Source: Octopus vulgaris (taxonomy: Eukaryota). From it: DNA of 64,000 nt. The notes beneath the pieces are model-generated. The model was not told where the DNA came from. It made no database searches and worked only from the letters and a program-made list of their open reading frames with translations. A program made the translations under genes and the position numbers. Location of the stretch: contig OX597832.1 in assembly GCA_951406725.2 (NCBI GenBank), positions 28,396,001 through 28,460,000 on the forward strand, given 5' to 3'. Shown here piece after piece: positions 12,377-26,289 of the stretch; the stretch's first letter is position 1; each line of letters begins with the position of its first letter.

Positions 12377-12530
12377 TCACTGCTTCCTCTCTCCACCACC
12401 ACCACCACCACCACCACCAACACCACCACCACCACAATCACCATCACCACCACCACCACCACCACCACCACCACCACCACCACCATCACCACCACCACCA
12501 CCGCCACCACCACCAACGCCACCGCTGCTA
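12377..12530. repeat. (CCA)n tract
   Basis: Directly visible. Confidence 0.9.
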
Positions 12531-12664
12531 CCAGGAGACTTCATTAACAGAATTATTAGAGCGTCGAAGAGATGCTTTGCGTTACTCTCGTTTCTTAACC
12601 ATTCCGAGTTCAAATCCCAGCGTGTGCAAATTTACCTTTCATTCCCCCAGGGTAAAAAAAAAAT

Positions 12665-12898
12665 GAAATACCTATTTCTTTACTACCCACAAGGGGCTAA
12701 ACACAGAGAGGACAAACAAGGACAGACAAACGGGTTAAGTCGATTATATCGACCCCAGTGCGTAACTGGTACTTATTTAATCGACCCCGAAAGGATGAAA
12801 GGCAAAGTCGACCTCGGCGGAATTTGAACTCAAAACGTAACGGCAGACGAGATACCGCTAAGCATTTCGCCCGGCGTGCTAACGTTTCTGCCAGCTCG
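12665..12898 (-). mobile_element. SINE family A, long-tail variant, inserted in an older + strand copy
   Basis: Near full length; flanked on both sides by GGTAAAAAAAAAA (probable TSD). Confidence 0.85.
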
Positions 12899-14339
12899 GG
12901 TAAAAAAAAAAATTATATACCATTAATAAACTTACTGAGGGTTGGAAAAAGCGATTGCAAACCATCGCCTTTACCTAGTAACCTTCATGCTAGAAATAAC
13001 AGCTACATCCTTTTCAAATCACAACGGAACGTCGTAAAGGGCGTTAGCTTTTGGGAAGGCCACGAATGGAATGTTTTCGAGTACGGGCCGCTTGACCATG
13101 TTTCACCTGGGCTAAACAACAATCCCAACCGATCTATAGTCTTGTGCACCATGTTAAAAAGCCGACCCTTCATGTATTGTGTTCGAATCCTACCCAAGTC
13201 AACTCGCGGGGAAGTGACACAGTTAGGTTGCGTGCCACCCCGAGGGCACCCTTGAATTTGTGCCCTTCCCGGCCCTCAAGCCTGTACAAACTTATACAGC
13301 AGACGTAAAAGCTGCCCTTATTAAGACGGCCCGTGGGGAAGACCACCCCGTCCCTTTCTAGCTACGTTGCTGCACCAGAGTCAATAGGTACCAGACAAAT
13401 ACTAGGGTCCATGGTATCAAATAATCCCCTTATCAAAATTTCAGGCCTTATGCCTAAATAAGAATCAAGGAAATGGGTCCTTGGAGCAGGGCCGGATTAA
13501 AACCCATGGAGGCCCTAAGCACTTAAAAAGCTTTGGGTGCCCCCAAGTATGTGTAAAGGAGTGAGTCGAATACATCGACCCCAGATTGTAACTGCCGATA
13601 TCGTGGACTCCAGAATTCGATATTTTATTTTATCAACCCCGGAGGGATGAAAAGCAAAGTTAACCAAGGCAGGATTTGAACTCGAAACGTTAAAAGCGCA
13701 AACAAATAAAGTAAAGCATAGTGTTCCGACGCTCTGACGATTCTACAAGCTCGAGCGTCGAACAAAATGCTTTACGGTGTTTCTTCTGGTAGTAGTAGTA
13801 GTAGCAGCCGCAGCAGCAACTGTTTTTGCCGAGGTTGATACTGGATCACTTATGCAGTGAATCAAATCAGAGTGGCCTCCCTTGGTACCATCCTATTTTT
13901 GAAAGGATCTGATATCGGAAAACAGCCCGTTTCCTTTCTGTTGTGATAGAATGGCACAGAGCGACAAGTAGATGTATATTTACACACACACACACACACA
14001 ATATATATATATATATATATATATATACGTACACACACACATATATATGTACATACACACACTTAAATATATATATATATATACATACATACATATACAC
14101 ACATATATATATATATATACATATACTCATACACACATATATACACATATACTCACACACATACATACATACATTATATATATATATGTGTGTGTCCCTG
14201 AAATATGTTTCGAGGAGGATTAACTGACAGGAGTCCTTATAAGAAAACATTTGTCCAGATTTTGTAACACACTATATGACCATCACTACTGAATGGAAAG
14301 CACAATCAATTTCGGCTCCTTAACGTGTAGATTACGTTA

Positions 14340-14347
14340 GAGAGATG

Positions 14348-14405
<58 letters not shown>

Positions 14406-14534
14406 GTGGGGCGACGGATGACGAGGGTAAGAAATGGGAGACAAGGAGAGAAAAGGGTGACAAAGAAAGGGAGAGAGAGAGAGAGGGAATGAAAGAGAGA
14501 AGATAAAGTGAGAGATAGAGGAGAGCGAGAGGGA

Positions 14535-14596
<62 letters not shown>

Positions 14597-14729
14597 GTGG
14601 GGCGACGGATGACGAGGGTAAGAAATGGGAGACAAGGAGAGAAAAGGGTGACAAAGAAAGGGAGAGAGAGAGAGAGGGAATGAAAGAGAGAAGATAAAGT
14701 GAGAGATAGAGGAGAGCGAGAGGGAAGGG

Positions 14730-14775
<46 letters not shown>

Positions 14776-14930
14776 GTGGGGCGACGGATGACGAGGGTAA
14801 GAAATGGGAGACAAGGAGAGAAAAGGGTGACAAAGAAAGGGAGAGAGAGAGAGAGAGAGGGAATGAAAGAGAGAAGATAAAGTGAGAGATAGAGGAGAGC
14901 GAGAGGGAAGGGAATAAGAGAGAGAGAGAT
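14340..14930. repeat. ~185-bp tandem repeat x3 built on (GA)n
   Basis: GGTGTGGGGCGACGGATGACGAGGGTAAGAAATGGGAGACAAGG... at 14403, 14594 and 14773. Confidence 0.9.
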
Positions 14931-15169
14931 GGAGTTACTTATGAAAGAGTACCGAGAATAAGAGGCACTGCTTCTGCTCATTTACATTTCGTTAATAGAT
15001 TAATTAGTGTCGTGGATTAATTAATTGGAGGATTGAGATGGTGTGTGTGTGTGTGTGTGTGTGTGTGTTTCTTTTACGGAGTGTGATGATCTGTGAAGAT
15101 TCTTTGAATATCTCCAGGATAGAGTTGAGTAATATTGGTTGTGATCCTCCATTCAACGGTAGAGATACT

Positions 15170-15760
15170 CATGTATACACACGCACGCACATGCACGCCC
15201 ACATACACACGCACACACACACACGCATGCACACACAAACGCACGTACATGCATGCACACACATGCATGCCATTGCACGCACACATACGCGGATACACCG
15301 ACAGACACGTACACACATAAACACGTTTACACACGTACACCTACTCACCTTCATATAGATATGCTCACGCATGTACACTTATACACACACATACAGTCAC
15401 ACATGCACACGTACACACACGCACATCTACACAAACATACATACGTTCACACATGCACACATCCACACACACACGTTCACACATGCATACGTACAGGTGC
15501 ACACACTCACACACGTTCACACTTGCACACGTGCTCACATACACACACTCAAACACGCACACATACATATACGCACATAGGTTCACACACATGTGCACGT
15601 TCACACGCTTACACACACACAGACAGATGTTCGCGTACACACACACAAACGTTCACACACGTTGACGTACACACATACACAGACACCTCCAAATACGTAT
15701 GTTCACACGTACAGGTACACACATACACATACGCACACACGTTCACACATGCACAAACAT
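15170..15760. repeat. Degenerate (CA)n tract
   Basis: Directly visible. Confidence 0.85.
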
Positions 15761-16766
15761 GCAATCCCCAGAGTCATGTAATTCGACCGGGTTTCCAAGG
15801 GACACATTGTAACCCGTCACACAACCACGTATAAAGCTTATAGGACCGGAGTGGCGGTCCAGGGTGGTGGAGTATGACTTGTAGTATAAGAATGGTGCGG
15901 TCAACCAGGACTTGTAGTCCAGCCACACAGAGAAAAAAAAACGTGTAATAGAGCCACAAAGACAAATACGACTCGTGAAGTATGACATAGGAACGGCCCT
16001 TAGATTGTCACCAACAAATGATGTTGTGACGTTCATGCCTTTACTTGTAGTCCAATACTAAGATCGATGGGCTCTACAACTGAGTATTACTGTTAGAGTA
16101 TCATTTGTGGAGTGTTGAAAGGCAAACGTCGTCTCTTCTGGGATTTGAACTCGTGAAGAAACTTAATTATGTAAAACATTTAACTCGGCTCTCAACGATT
16201 ATGATGCCATCTATATGTACCGCATTATAACCTTAACACTAGTCACTCCTTGATAGCACAGTGAATCTAGTTTACAACCACCGCCGCCGCCACACAACGC
16301 GTATTATTTAGTAACTTAGTGACATTCATCCAGAATATACTTTTATTGTTTTGTTTTGCTTAAACTAAAATGTTCTGGCAAAATTGTGTTGGTTGTTTCA
16401 TGGTGTCTGACTTCAATCTGCTCATTCTGTCTTTCTAGGTTGTCTGGTTGTTTGTCACCGCCACACAAATAGTTCTAGTCCCATACGAGTCGTAATTCAG
16501 TACCTCAGTCTAGACCCACTTTCACAATAAGTCCTATATAAGACTTTCTGGTCAACAAACATTGTCTACCAGTTCTTGTCCTATATAACAAACCTTAGCC
16601 TACACACCTGTCCACCACAAGAGTCCAGTACAAGTGGCAGTCCACCGCAAATCAATCCTATAATCTACACCTCTGTCCTAGAAAGTTGCCTAAATCATTT
16701 AAACGTGGATTTGAAACCTCGACCCTCATTTCCAACTTTATAATTCCGTTAATATTCCTTCCCCGA

Positions 16767-16958
16767 AGGCGGCGAGCTGGCAGAATCGTTAGCACGACGG
16801 GCGAAATACTTAGCTGAGTTCGAATTCCGCCGAGATCGACTTTGCCCTTCACCCTTTCAGGTCCAATAAATTAAGTACCAGTTGCGTACTGGGGTCGATC
16901 TAATCGACTGGCCCCCTCCCCCCAAATTTCCGGGCCTTGTGCCTAAAGTAGAAAAGAA
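16767..16958 (+). mobile_element. SINE family A with small internal deletion
   Basis: GGCGGCGAGCTGGCAGAATCGTTAGCAC (A box) ... GAGTTCGAATTCC (B box); flanked by AATATTCCTTCCCC on both sides (TSD). Confidence 0.85.
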
Positions 16959-17352
16959 TATTCCTTCCCCAACACATTTAAAAAAAGTTGTATTCAGATT
17001 TCTATGTTTTCAACATCACTCAAAAAAGACGATTTAGACAGAGGATATAAATAGATAGAGTTTCTTACGGCTGTTTCTAGACCGGCCAAGCAATGTGGCT
17101 CATGACATTGAGTAAGGATTCCATAAGCTGAGTAAGAAGGAGAAATCAGAGGAATATAAAAATGAAGAAATACTCGCAGTCGAGGATATTAGGACATTCT
17201 GGTTTGCCAAAAATGAAGGAAGGATCAGAGTAAAATAGATAATCGTTACGCAGTTCCATGATCCGATAAACAGCAAAGTTAGTAAGGTCCGTTAGCAGTT
17301 TCAAATGAGTGTTTGATGTTAATCCGTGATATTATTTTTAAATACTATTTTG

Positions 17353-17513
17353 TAGTCTAATTATAACCAAAGTACCAATTGGTTTCATACCAGACGAGGA
17401 GTGCCGAATCCGGCAATCATCAGAAATGGGTGAAAGTTATTTCTGATGATTGCTGGATTTGCTTCTTCACATCTGGTATGAAACCAATTGGGAATTTAGC
17501 TATGAAAAGACTA
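17353..17513. mobile_element. Inverted repeat with a hammerhead-like core on each arm (Penelope-type terminal-repeat remnant)
   Basis: CCAATTGGTTTCATACCAGA...CAATCATCAGAAAT / ATTTCTGATGATTG...TCTGGTATGAAACCAATTGG. Minus arm reads CTGATGA-stem-GAAAC-CAATTG-GTA; stem I is poor. Confidence 0.6.
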
Positions 17514-17620
17514 TGATGATGATAATAATAATAATAATAATAATAATAATTTAAAGTGTGAGTGCCTATTATTTGTGGACTCCTGGATTTTAGGCACTAT
17601 ATATATATATATATATATAT

Positions 17621-17821
17621 AAGAAACTTAGAAAATGGAGATGAAGCATTAATATGATTTATTATCTGCAAAAATCCAACACATTCTCCTACAGCTGTTT
17701 CACTTTAGTTTAAAGATTAAATCACAATAATTAAATGATTATGTTAGGCAAAATCTCATCAGAGGGGTAGAAAAGATATACCGTTAGGTTATTAGGTGTT
17801 GTGTTTTCAAATCATCTCAGC

Positions 17822-17826
<5 letters not shown>
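17621..17826 (-). mobile_element. (TA)n-flanked Penelope-type remnant with degenerate hammerhead motif
   Basis: Minus strand CCCCT-CTGATGA ... GAAAC-AGCT-GTA-GGAG between two (TA)n runs. Confidence 0.5.
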
Positions 17827-17860
<34 letters not shown>

Positions 17861-18138
17861 GGGTGAATCGCATTTAGTTTCACTGGCAAATTTGGTCCGA
17901 CTCCTTTTATCATTAACAAACATGTTTTAATAAATAAAAGAAAAAGGTTTTACGTTTGATATAAGCATAGTAAATTGGTGAGTCATGTCATTTGTTGGTC
18001 AAACAACGACAGCCATGACACTAAGAGCAGGCTGTGTTAATAACAAAAGCTCAAAAGGAAAAACTTCCCACGTGCCGAGGTCAATAGCGACACAGTTTAC
18101 CTTGAAGATATTGATGTCAATAAAAATAGCAAATAGCG

Positions 18139-18216
<78 letters not shown>

Positions 18217-19779
18217 ATAGTGGTGGTGGTGGGAAATGCGTTAAAAAGAACCCAAGTGTGTTAAGGAAATCTTTAGTTCGTTTAATTCTCGTTCGTTAAG
18301 TTTTTCATTTAATAATTAGGTCAACAATTTCTTCTGGATTGTGTAGCTGTGTCGAGGGGTGCAGCAGTGCACAGCAAACACAACCAGTCTTGGTTTCGAT
18401 GGGTTTCGAATATCAACACTTAAGTAATTTGGCCTCATTCAGATTCGTATAGATTAAGGACAGAAGCGAGCACCTAGTTAAGAAAACTTGCGTAACGCCC
18501 AACAAACACACACAAACACACACAAACACACACAAACACACACAAACACACACAAACACACACACGCAGTCATTAAAACAAGTCACTCGACCGTGATGAA
18601 AGTGACTTCAATGAGTTCTGTATAATATAAATGCAGTCAACGATGAATGAAAATTCGTTTTACTAATTGTCAGCAATCTTTTTGCTTAAGAGATAAATGA
18701 TTTTAGACATTCTTCTCATTAATTAAGACGCATTTGAAGCAAACAGGATCTACGTAGCGTTTCCTAACTTTTATATTTTTGCCCACCTACTCTCTCATTT
18801 GTTGCTTTTCAAGTCAACTAACAACGAGAGTGATTTGAACCTTGCACGCAACGAGCAATTCAATTCATACTCGTTGAGTGGTTATATGTGTTCTTAGATG
18901 ATATGAGGTCACGTCAGAAGTGGATCAGGGACGATACAGTGCCTTGTTTAGAAGATAACAAATGACTAACATTTTATTTACTTCTAATTTAGAACAAAAG
19001 CACTGGTGGCTGTATAGAATTCGATCCCCTACCCCTGGTGTTACACTGGTAATCTATGGTAGAAAGAGGTTTTAAAAACAGCCAGCTAGAGCCAGGTTAG
19101 GTTACCAATTCCTCTTGGAAATGTTTCAAACAACCTACCATTGCAGCTAAATCTTCGTTAAAACCGTAGCATCATGCTGGAATATGAACGCTCGATCCTT
19201 CGATTCATAATCTATTTTACTATCAACTGATCCAAAAGTATTTCTACCCCATCACCCTCGCCGTTTCCATTGTGGCTTCATTTCACTTTTTTTCTCATTT
19301 TTTTTTGCAAAGATTGGAGAAATGAGAATTGTTTCCTCGCTTCATTGGTTTCTGGAAACGCGTGGACACTTTACGAAGACAAAGCTGCAATATAGCGAAT
19401 TCGTCATACAATATTTCCAAGTAGTAGTTTCAAAGTAAGGCAGAAGGCCAGCATTTTTTAGGGGACTTGACTGGTCCTTTATTTTATCGATCTCGACATG
19501 ACGAAAGGCAAAGTTCGCCTCCGCACGATTTGAATTCAGAATGTAAGGAGCCCGAAGAAATACCGCAAAGTATTTTGTCCGCGGTTTTAGAGACGAGGGT
19601 TAGTGGGTACCATCGATTCAGTACTTAACTGGGGCTCTATTTTATACCCCGCCCCTCCCGGGGACAAGGGATGAGCGGCAAACTTTATCTCAGTGGGCTT
19701 TGAATTCGGATTTCAAACAACTACCACAAGGCACCTTTTCCTGGTTCTCTAATATTTCTACCAGGACACCGAATAATAA

Positions 19780-20173
19780 TATTGATTTCAAGTTTTGGTA
19801 CAAGGCCAGCAATGTACAAGGGGGGTGGGTAAGTTGATTACACGGACCCCAGTGTTCGACTAGTACTTATTTCATTGACCCCGAAAGGATGAAAAGCAAA
19901 GTCGACCTCGGTGGAATTTGAACTCAGAACATAAAGACGGACGAAATACCTATTTCTTTACTACCCACAAGGGGCTAAACATAGAGAGGACAAACAAGGA
20001 CACACAAACGGATTAAGTCGGATTAAGTGCGTAACTGGTACTTATTTAATCGACCCCGAAAGGATGAAAGGCAAAGTCGACCTCGGCGGAATTTGAACTC
20101 AGAACGTAGCGGCAGACGAAATACGGCTAAGCATTTCGCCCGGCGTGCTAACGTTTCTGCCAGCTCGCCGCCT
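19780..20173 (-). mobile_element. SINE family A head-to-tail dimer
   Basis: Two units joined at GAAATACCTATTTCTTTACTACCC. Confidence 0.8.
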
Positions 20174-20175
20174 TA

Positions 20176-20214
<39 letters not shown>

Positions 20215-20216
<2 letters not shown>

Positions 20217-20410
20217 TGGGCTCCACCTGCAAGGTCATGTGCTGTTTATCTTGATATGAGATCACCATGTCGCGCACATATGGTTGTGATGCATGTGCCT
20301 GGTGTACCCTTATCAGACGTGTAGTCATGATGGGTATACTGGGCTTCGTATATTTTACCCCAGTGTCACTTTGATGGCATGCTCTGCTCGCTCACTCAAT
20401 AATAATAATA
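20215..20410 (+). mobile_element. 5'-truncated copy of the (AAT)n-tailed element inside a TAA repeat
   Basis: Matches 8025-8220; (TAA)n on both sides. Confidence 0.65.
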
Positions 20411-20753
20411 GCAGCTTCAAATTTTGCCAGGGGAGCGGGATGAGCCGATTACATCCTTTCGGGGTCGATAAATTAAGTACCAGTTACGCACTGGGGTCGA
20501 TGTAATCGACTTAATCCGTTTGTCTGTCCTTGTTTGTCCCCTCTGTGTTTAGCCCCTTGTGGGTAGTTAAGAAATATATATACATCTTTAATCATTCGCA
20601 GTTAACGGGATCCCGTTATACCTGACTGAAGAGAGAGCATCTTGTTCAAAAGATACGCTTAAAAGAGGGAGATAACTACTTCACCAACTACGAACTACGT
20701 ACGATAAGCCATTGGACGTCTGGTGGTCGGAGCAGTACTGGCTTTATAAATCA

Positions 20754-21353
20754 CTAGCAGAATCGCCCGGCGTTGCTCGGGTTTGTAAGGGAAATAACTA
20801 TATAAGCATTTTTAGAGAGTTATAGCCAAAAAATAGCAAAAAAATGCATTAAAAATGGAAAAAAAATGATGGCAAATTTTTTTAAAAAAATCGTTGACTC
20901 ATCGTAGACATTTTTAGAGAGTTACTTCCCTTATATAATAGCGAAAAAATGCATTAAAATGGGAAAAAATGATGGTAAATTATTTTTTAAATCGTTGACT
21001 CATCGTAGACATTTTTAGAGAGTTACTTCCCTTATATAATAGCGAAAAAATGCATTAAAATGGGAAAAAATGATGGTAAATTATTTTTTAAATCGTTGAC
21101 TCATCGTAGACATTTTTAGAGAGTTACTTCCCTTATATAATAGCGAAAAAATGCATTAAAATGGAAAAAAATGATGGTAAATTATTTTTAAAATCGTAGA
21201 CTCATCGTAGACGCGCGCTAATACCCAGAAGGGCTCGATATGAATCACGACTATAAGATACCCGGTTTTGGTTAAACTGCACCGCAAAATGTGGGAGTAG
21301 TTAGGAATCTAAATCGTAGGAGACAGACACACAACCTCTCTTTTATATATAAA
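20754..21353 (-). mobile_element. Non-autonomous Helitron with internal ~101-bp tandem repeat x4
   Basis: Minus strand ends with hairpin CCCGAGCAACGCCGGG then CTAG|T and starts (T)TTATATATAAAAGAGAGGTTGTGTGTCTGTC. Units begin CATTTTTAGAGAGTTA at about 20807, 20909, 21010 and 21111. Confidence 0.85.
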
Positions 21354-22713
21354 TCATATTTAGTTTTTGTTTCTTTCGTTATCTACATGCCATGATGGTT
21401 CCCTTGAATCAGGGGCTGACCTAAAAGACTTTCAGGCTTTACAACAACATCAACAACAACTAAAATCCCCGATACCAAATGTACTTATGGTTCTACTAAA
21501 TAAACTCCATCCCAGTTTTATTGTTCGCCAAATGGGTGGGACAAACACTTGACAGCAATTATTCTGAAAATAATGAAAAAAAAACGAGGCCATGTGGGTT
21601 ACAGGCAGCCACAATTATTGCACTGTTTATTAAAATAATTAGCAGCCAGTAAATTAGAGAAAGTAATTAGTTAGATATTTCGGTAAATTATTCTCCCTTT
21701 ATGTATCGCAGCTGGTAGACATTATAAAAGCAACAATTCAAGGACTCAGAGTTCGAACTCCGCCAGCGACGCTGAACTGTATTAATGACAAAGCCATTTG
21801 TCTGTTGATGGCTCAGACCATATAACTGTACAGAGGTACCATGAGGAGGTACAGTGACGTCATTGTAAACGAGGTACAATGAGGGAGGTACAGTTCACTT
21901 TTTTCTCTAAATACCAACGGTGAAATATAGGTCAAAGTAAGTGAGTCTCTATGTGGTCGCTCGCACTGCTAGAAGCAGCAAGTAAATCACAACTGAACGT
22001 CTTAAATACAGACAAAATACTTTTGAAGGACATTTATGATTTAGTTACAAATAGTGATGAAGAGACGGAAATGTTAGCAGCTGGAATTGTCGACTAAGTT
22101 GAGGTTTTACCAGGGGCTAAATGACAACAGAAACGGGTGTTCGTTAATGGCCTCAGTCCATGTTGTTGTAGAGGTGCATCATGGGAAAATGCAGTTCAAT
22201 ATGAATTATTGTACGTTTTCATTGTTGTCTCGGCAGTGTTTTGGGTTCAAATCCCAAGAAAAGCAACCAGGTTTGGACAAATATTGACCAATGCTTTACA
22301 AGAAGAATCTGGGAGTCCCAAAACAATGAGACAACATCAAAAGAAGAAAGAAACTGTTGCCTTTTAGATTTGATGAGGGGCATCAAAAACAAAGGGTTAG
22401 AGTCGAATAGAAAAGTGGTACGGAAGGGGTTGCGCCCTCAAGAGGACTGTCAGATAATTGCCAAGATGAAATATCACTGTTGTAGTCGTTTAAAGATGAA
22501 GTCTTCTACCACTCGGCATCAGAAAAAAATCACGTTGAAAGACTTCTGCAGTTTCATTTGCTAAATTTTAAAGTTCACGCACAAGATATTGGTGGACCCG
22601 AGGTTATGGCAGACGGTACTTGCTCAAGGTGCTACGCAATGGGATAAAATCATCTCTTAGTCAGCTGTGAATTATTGGCCACAACAGAAGAAAATATTAT
22701 GGATTAGATTAAA

Positions 22714-23028
22714 TCTCTAAAGCTGAAGTTGTCTGTTTATGGCCGGTTTGGTAGTCTTCAACTACCATTATCTCCTCCGAGACCCTGCGGCGCAAGTTGA
22801 CCAAAATTGAGAATATGATAGAAGACCAAAAATGATTTACATCAAAAAGGTGCTCTTTTCTATGAAAATCCCTATTTTTTACGATTTTTTTGACTACTGT
22901 GTCGCCATTTTTCGGTGTATTTCAACCAGAAAAATATTCACTTAAAGAGAATAACAAGCTACATAAGGCAAAAATTCCAATTCTAAAGGGTGGAAACAAA
23001 CTCGAACAACGCCAGGCGATGCTGCTAG
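22714..23028 (+). mobile_element. Non-autonomous Helitron
   Basis: A|TCTCTAAAGCTGAAGTTGTCTG start; 3' end CTCGAACAACGCCAGGCGATGCTGCTAG|T, homologous to the end of 20754-21353. Confidence 0.7.
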
Positions 23029-23465
23029 TGATTTGATAAAGTATTCCAATAATTGGAACCGGCGCCAGTAAATCGGTTAGTATGTTAAACCATCCGAAGT
23101 CAACTATTTAAGGACTGACAGTAGAACAACAACGCAAAAGATGGACGCTTGATTTAAAAATGACTAACTTTTCTGCGATGTTTTCTTTTATTAGAGAAAG
23201 AAATGCCAAGACGAGAGCGTCAACTTCATCTCACTAAACATCATAATATATTTGTTTATTTAAAAAATTTTCCTGTACGGTTCATGCAGATATAGGCCAC
23301 CACAACCAGTCTGCCAACTCTTAGAGACTGTCTGGCGAAATTCTTATTCAAAGAAGTCATTATGCAGTTCTGTTTAATTAGAATATGTTATTATAATTAT
23401 TGCGGTGTCCGCGATGCGGTTTCGCGTCCTGGTTAAAACGCGTCGACGTTTATATCACGAATATT

Positions 23466-23515
23466 CTTGTGAGTAGATTTGGTAGAGGGAAACTGAAAGA
23501 AGCCCGCCATATATA

Positions 23516-23555
<40 letters not shown>

Positions 23556-24050
23556 TAAAAACGGTAAGATAACAAAAGAAAGAAAGAGACCTCAATATTA
23601 TGTAAATAGAGGAAATTTATCTGTAAAATAATATGTGACAATTATTCAGTAGCCATGATAAAACTCTGAGTTTCGGATGCCGAGGTGGAAAAGATAGCGT
23701 TTCTCAGATGGCCAGATAACCGAAGAGATGGTGTGGATTTCCACCTCGGCGTCCGAAACTCAGAGTTTTATCTTGGCTATTGAATAATTGTCACATATTA
23801 TTTTACAGATATATATATATATATATGTATGTATGTATGTATTTGTGAGTTTGTTTTTGTACCCCACCACCATCATTGCTTGACACCGATGTTGGTGTGT
23901 TTACCACCCCGTAACTTAGCGGTTCGGCGAAAGATACTGATAGAATAAGTACTAGGTTTACAAGGAATAAGTCATGGAGTCAATTTGTTCGACTAAAGGC
24001 GGTGCTCCAGCATGGCCGCAGTCAAATGGCTTAAACGAGTAAAGGAATAA
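23466..24050 (+). mobile_element. SINE family B (5'-truncated) split at its internal (TA)n
   Basis: Left part 23466-23550 and right part 23812-24050 are collinear with other family B copies. Confidence 0.8.
23551..23811. mobile_element. Palindromic hammerhead-bearing element (family H1) in (TA)n
   Basis: ~73-bp inverted arms 23618-23690 / 23738-23811; + strand AGATAA-CCGAAGA...CC-GAAAC-TCAGA-GTT-TTATCT. Confidence 0.75.
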
Positions 24051-24342
24051 ACGAATATATTTTGTCGAAGTATTTAATGTGAAATGAGGCGGCGAGATGG
24101 CAGAATCGTTAACACGCTGGGTAAAATGCTTAGTAGCATTTCGTCCGTCTTTTGGGTCTGAGTTCAAATTTGGCTTGCGCTGACTTTACCTTTTGTCTTT
24201 CCGGTGTCGATAGATTAAATAGTAGTCGAACACTGGGGTTGATACCGTCGTCTTGCACCCTCACCAGAAATTGCTGGCCTCGTGCCAAAATACGAAACCA
24301 ATACTTAAATGTGAAATATGTATTTCGTGAATGCTAATTATT

Positions 24343-24776
24343 CTTTTCCACTCTAGGCATAAGGTCCGAAATTTTGGCGGAGGAGCCCAGTGGATTAGAT
24401 CAACTCCAGTACGCAACTGGTACTTAATTTATCAACCCCGAAAGGATGAAAGGCAAAGTCGACTTCGGCGCAATTTGAACTCAGAACGTAAAAACAGACG
24501 AAATACACTAAGCATTTCGTACAGCGTGCTAACGTTTTTTTTTATTTCTTTATTGCCCACAAGGAGCTAAACATAGAAGGGACAAACAAGGACAGACAAA
24601 CGGATTAAGTCGATTACATCGAACTCAGTGCGTAACTGGTACTTTATTTATCGACCCCGAAAGGATGAAAGGCAAAGTCGACCTCACGGAATTTGAACTC
24701 AGAACGTAACGGCAGACGAAATACCGCTAAGCATTGTCGTCCGGCGTGCTAACATTTCTGCCAGCTCACCGCCTTA
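24343..24776 (-). mobile_element. SINE family A dimer inserted as one unit
   Basis: One 15-bp TSD TGAATGCTAATTATT (24328-24342, 24777-24791) flanks both units. Confidence 0.85.
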
Positions 24777-25590
24777 TGAATGCTAATTATTACATCGATA
24801 ATTGGCTGGAAATTAGTAAGTTTTAGCGGGAAATTACCATTGTTCTCCCAGAATCAGTCCGCTAATAATTCTGCGCCCTAAACGCTCAAAATCGTTTGAG
24901 GCGTTTATTGGGCCCTTAGACAGCCGCATAGACCTTCACCGAGGGTTGAATATTAGCCGCTCTTCCAACCCCTGGCGGAAAGGCCCCGCCCTTCCTACTT
25001 GCCCACATGGCTAGGCAGCAGTTGGAGCAGAGGAAGGACGGCGAGAAATAGCTGAAAATCGATTTAAAGAAAATAAATTTTAAGATACCAGGACACATTT
25101 TCTCCTGTTGTTGGACTCAGGTTACACGTTTAATGAGTGGGTGTGACCCGACTTCGACTACAACACAAACACAGGTAGATAAATGCGTCCGTGTGTGGGT
25201 TTGCGCTATTACCTTGTCATATGACACACAGGTAGGGAGTGACAAATGAAATATCACACACGTAGAGTACTCACAATTAACATAACTAATTAAACAGATT
25301 TTTTTAAATGTATTCATTAATTAAGTTTTAAAACATAGGGCCTCCCCCACCCTGCCGCGACCCCGTTTGTTATTTATTTACCTTAAATTGTTCAAAAGAA
25401 AATAAAGCCGCAATAAGCCAATTAGTAAGGTGTAGGAGTTAATTTGAAGATTACTTTTACTTCGAAATAAGGACACTGGAATGGTGGTGGTGGTGGTGGT
25501 GGTGGGGAAGGGGAGAGGAGACAGTGACAGCAACAATAACAACAACAGCAGAATATTTTTAATTAATGTACGTATGTACATATGCACACA

Positions 25591-25672
<82 letters not shown>

Positions 25673-25837
25673 GCATATACATGTATATAAATCGTACACA
25701 CACATTCATGCAGGATATGCACAAATACAACGCATGCACATATATGCTTAATGTACACACATACATACAAGCATATATATATATATATGTATATATAATA
25801 ACAATTATTATCATATATATACATATAATAATAATAT

Positions 25838-25868
<31 letters not shown>

Positions 25869-26289
25869 TTGTGTGTATACATATGCTAATATGTGCCGGA
25901 AAAATCGTTTGGATAAAACAAACGATTTTAGGCAATTAATGAAGAATGACTATTAGATAAAAAAAATTTATTAATTAAATGGTTAATTAAACAGGTTTTA
26001 TAAAGGTTTAGAATGTTTACTTGGTTTCTGAAGAAAGCACTCTACACTATACCGACAGAACTGTACAATTACATACACACCTCCATCACTATATACATAG
26101 ATATAAACTTATAGCAGACTCGTAAACAGGGTGTGTGGTGCACTCTACCCGTATTGAATAGCAACTACCAAAATAGATATTTGCCCCGTGGAACAACGGG
26201 GTTTCATCGTACGGGACTGAACCCCACTTCTATGGTACACGGAATCAACACTTATCTTTAAATGTTCTGACATTGTCAGTTATCTTATT

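Noticed and set aside
14340-14930. Regularly spaced repeats resembling a CRISPR array
   Set aside because: Units are ~185 bp and the intervals are (GA)n rather than unique spacers; eukaryotic context with no cas genes.
16767-16830. tRNA gene candidates at SINE heads
   Set aside because: A and B boxes are present but there is no full cloverleaf, and each continues into a SINE body.
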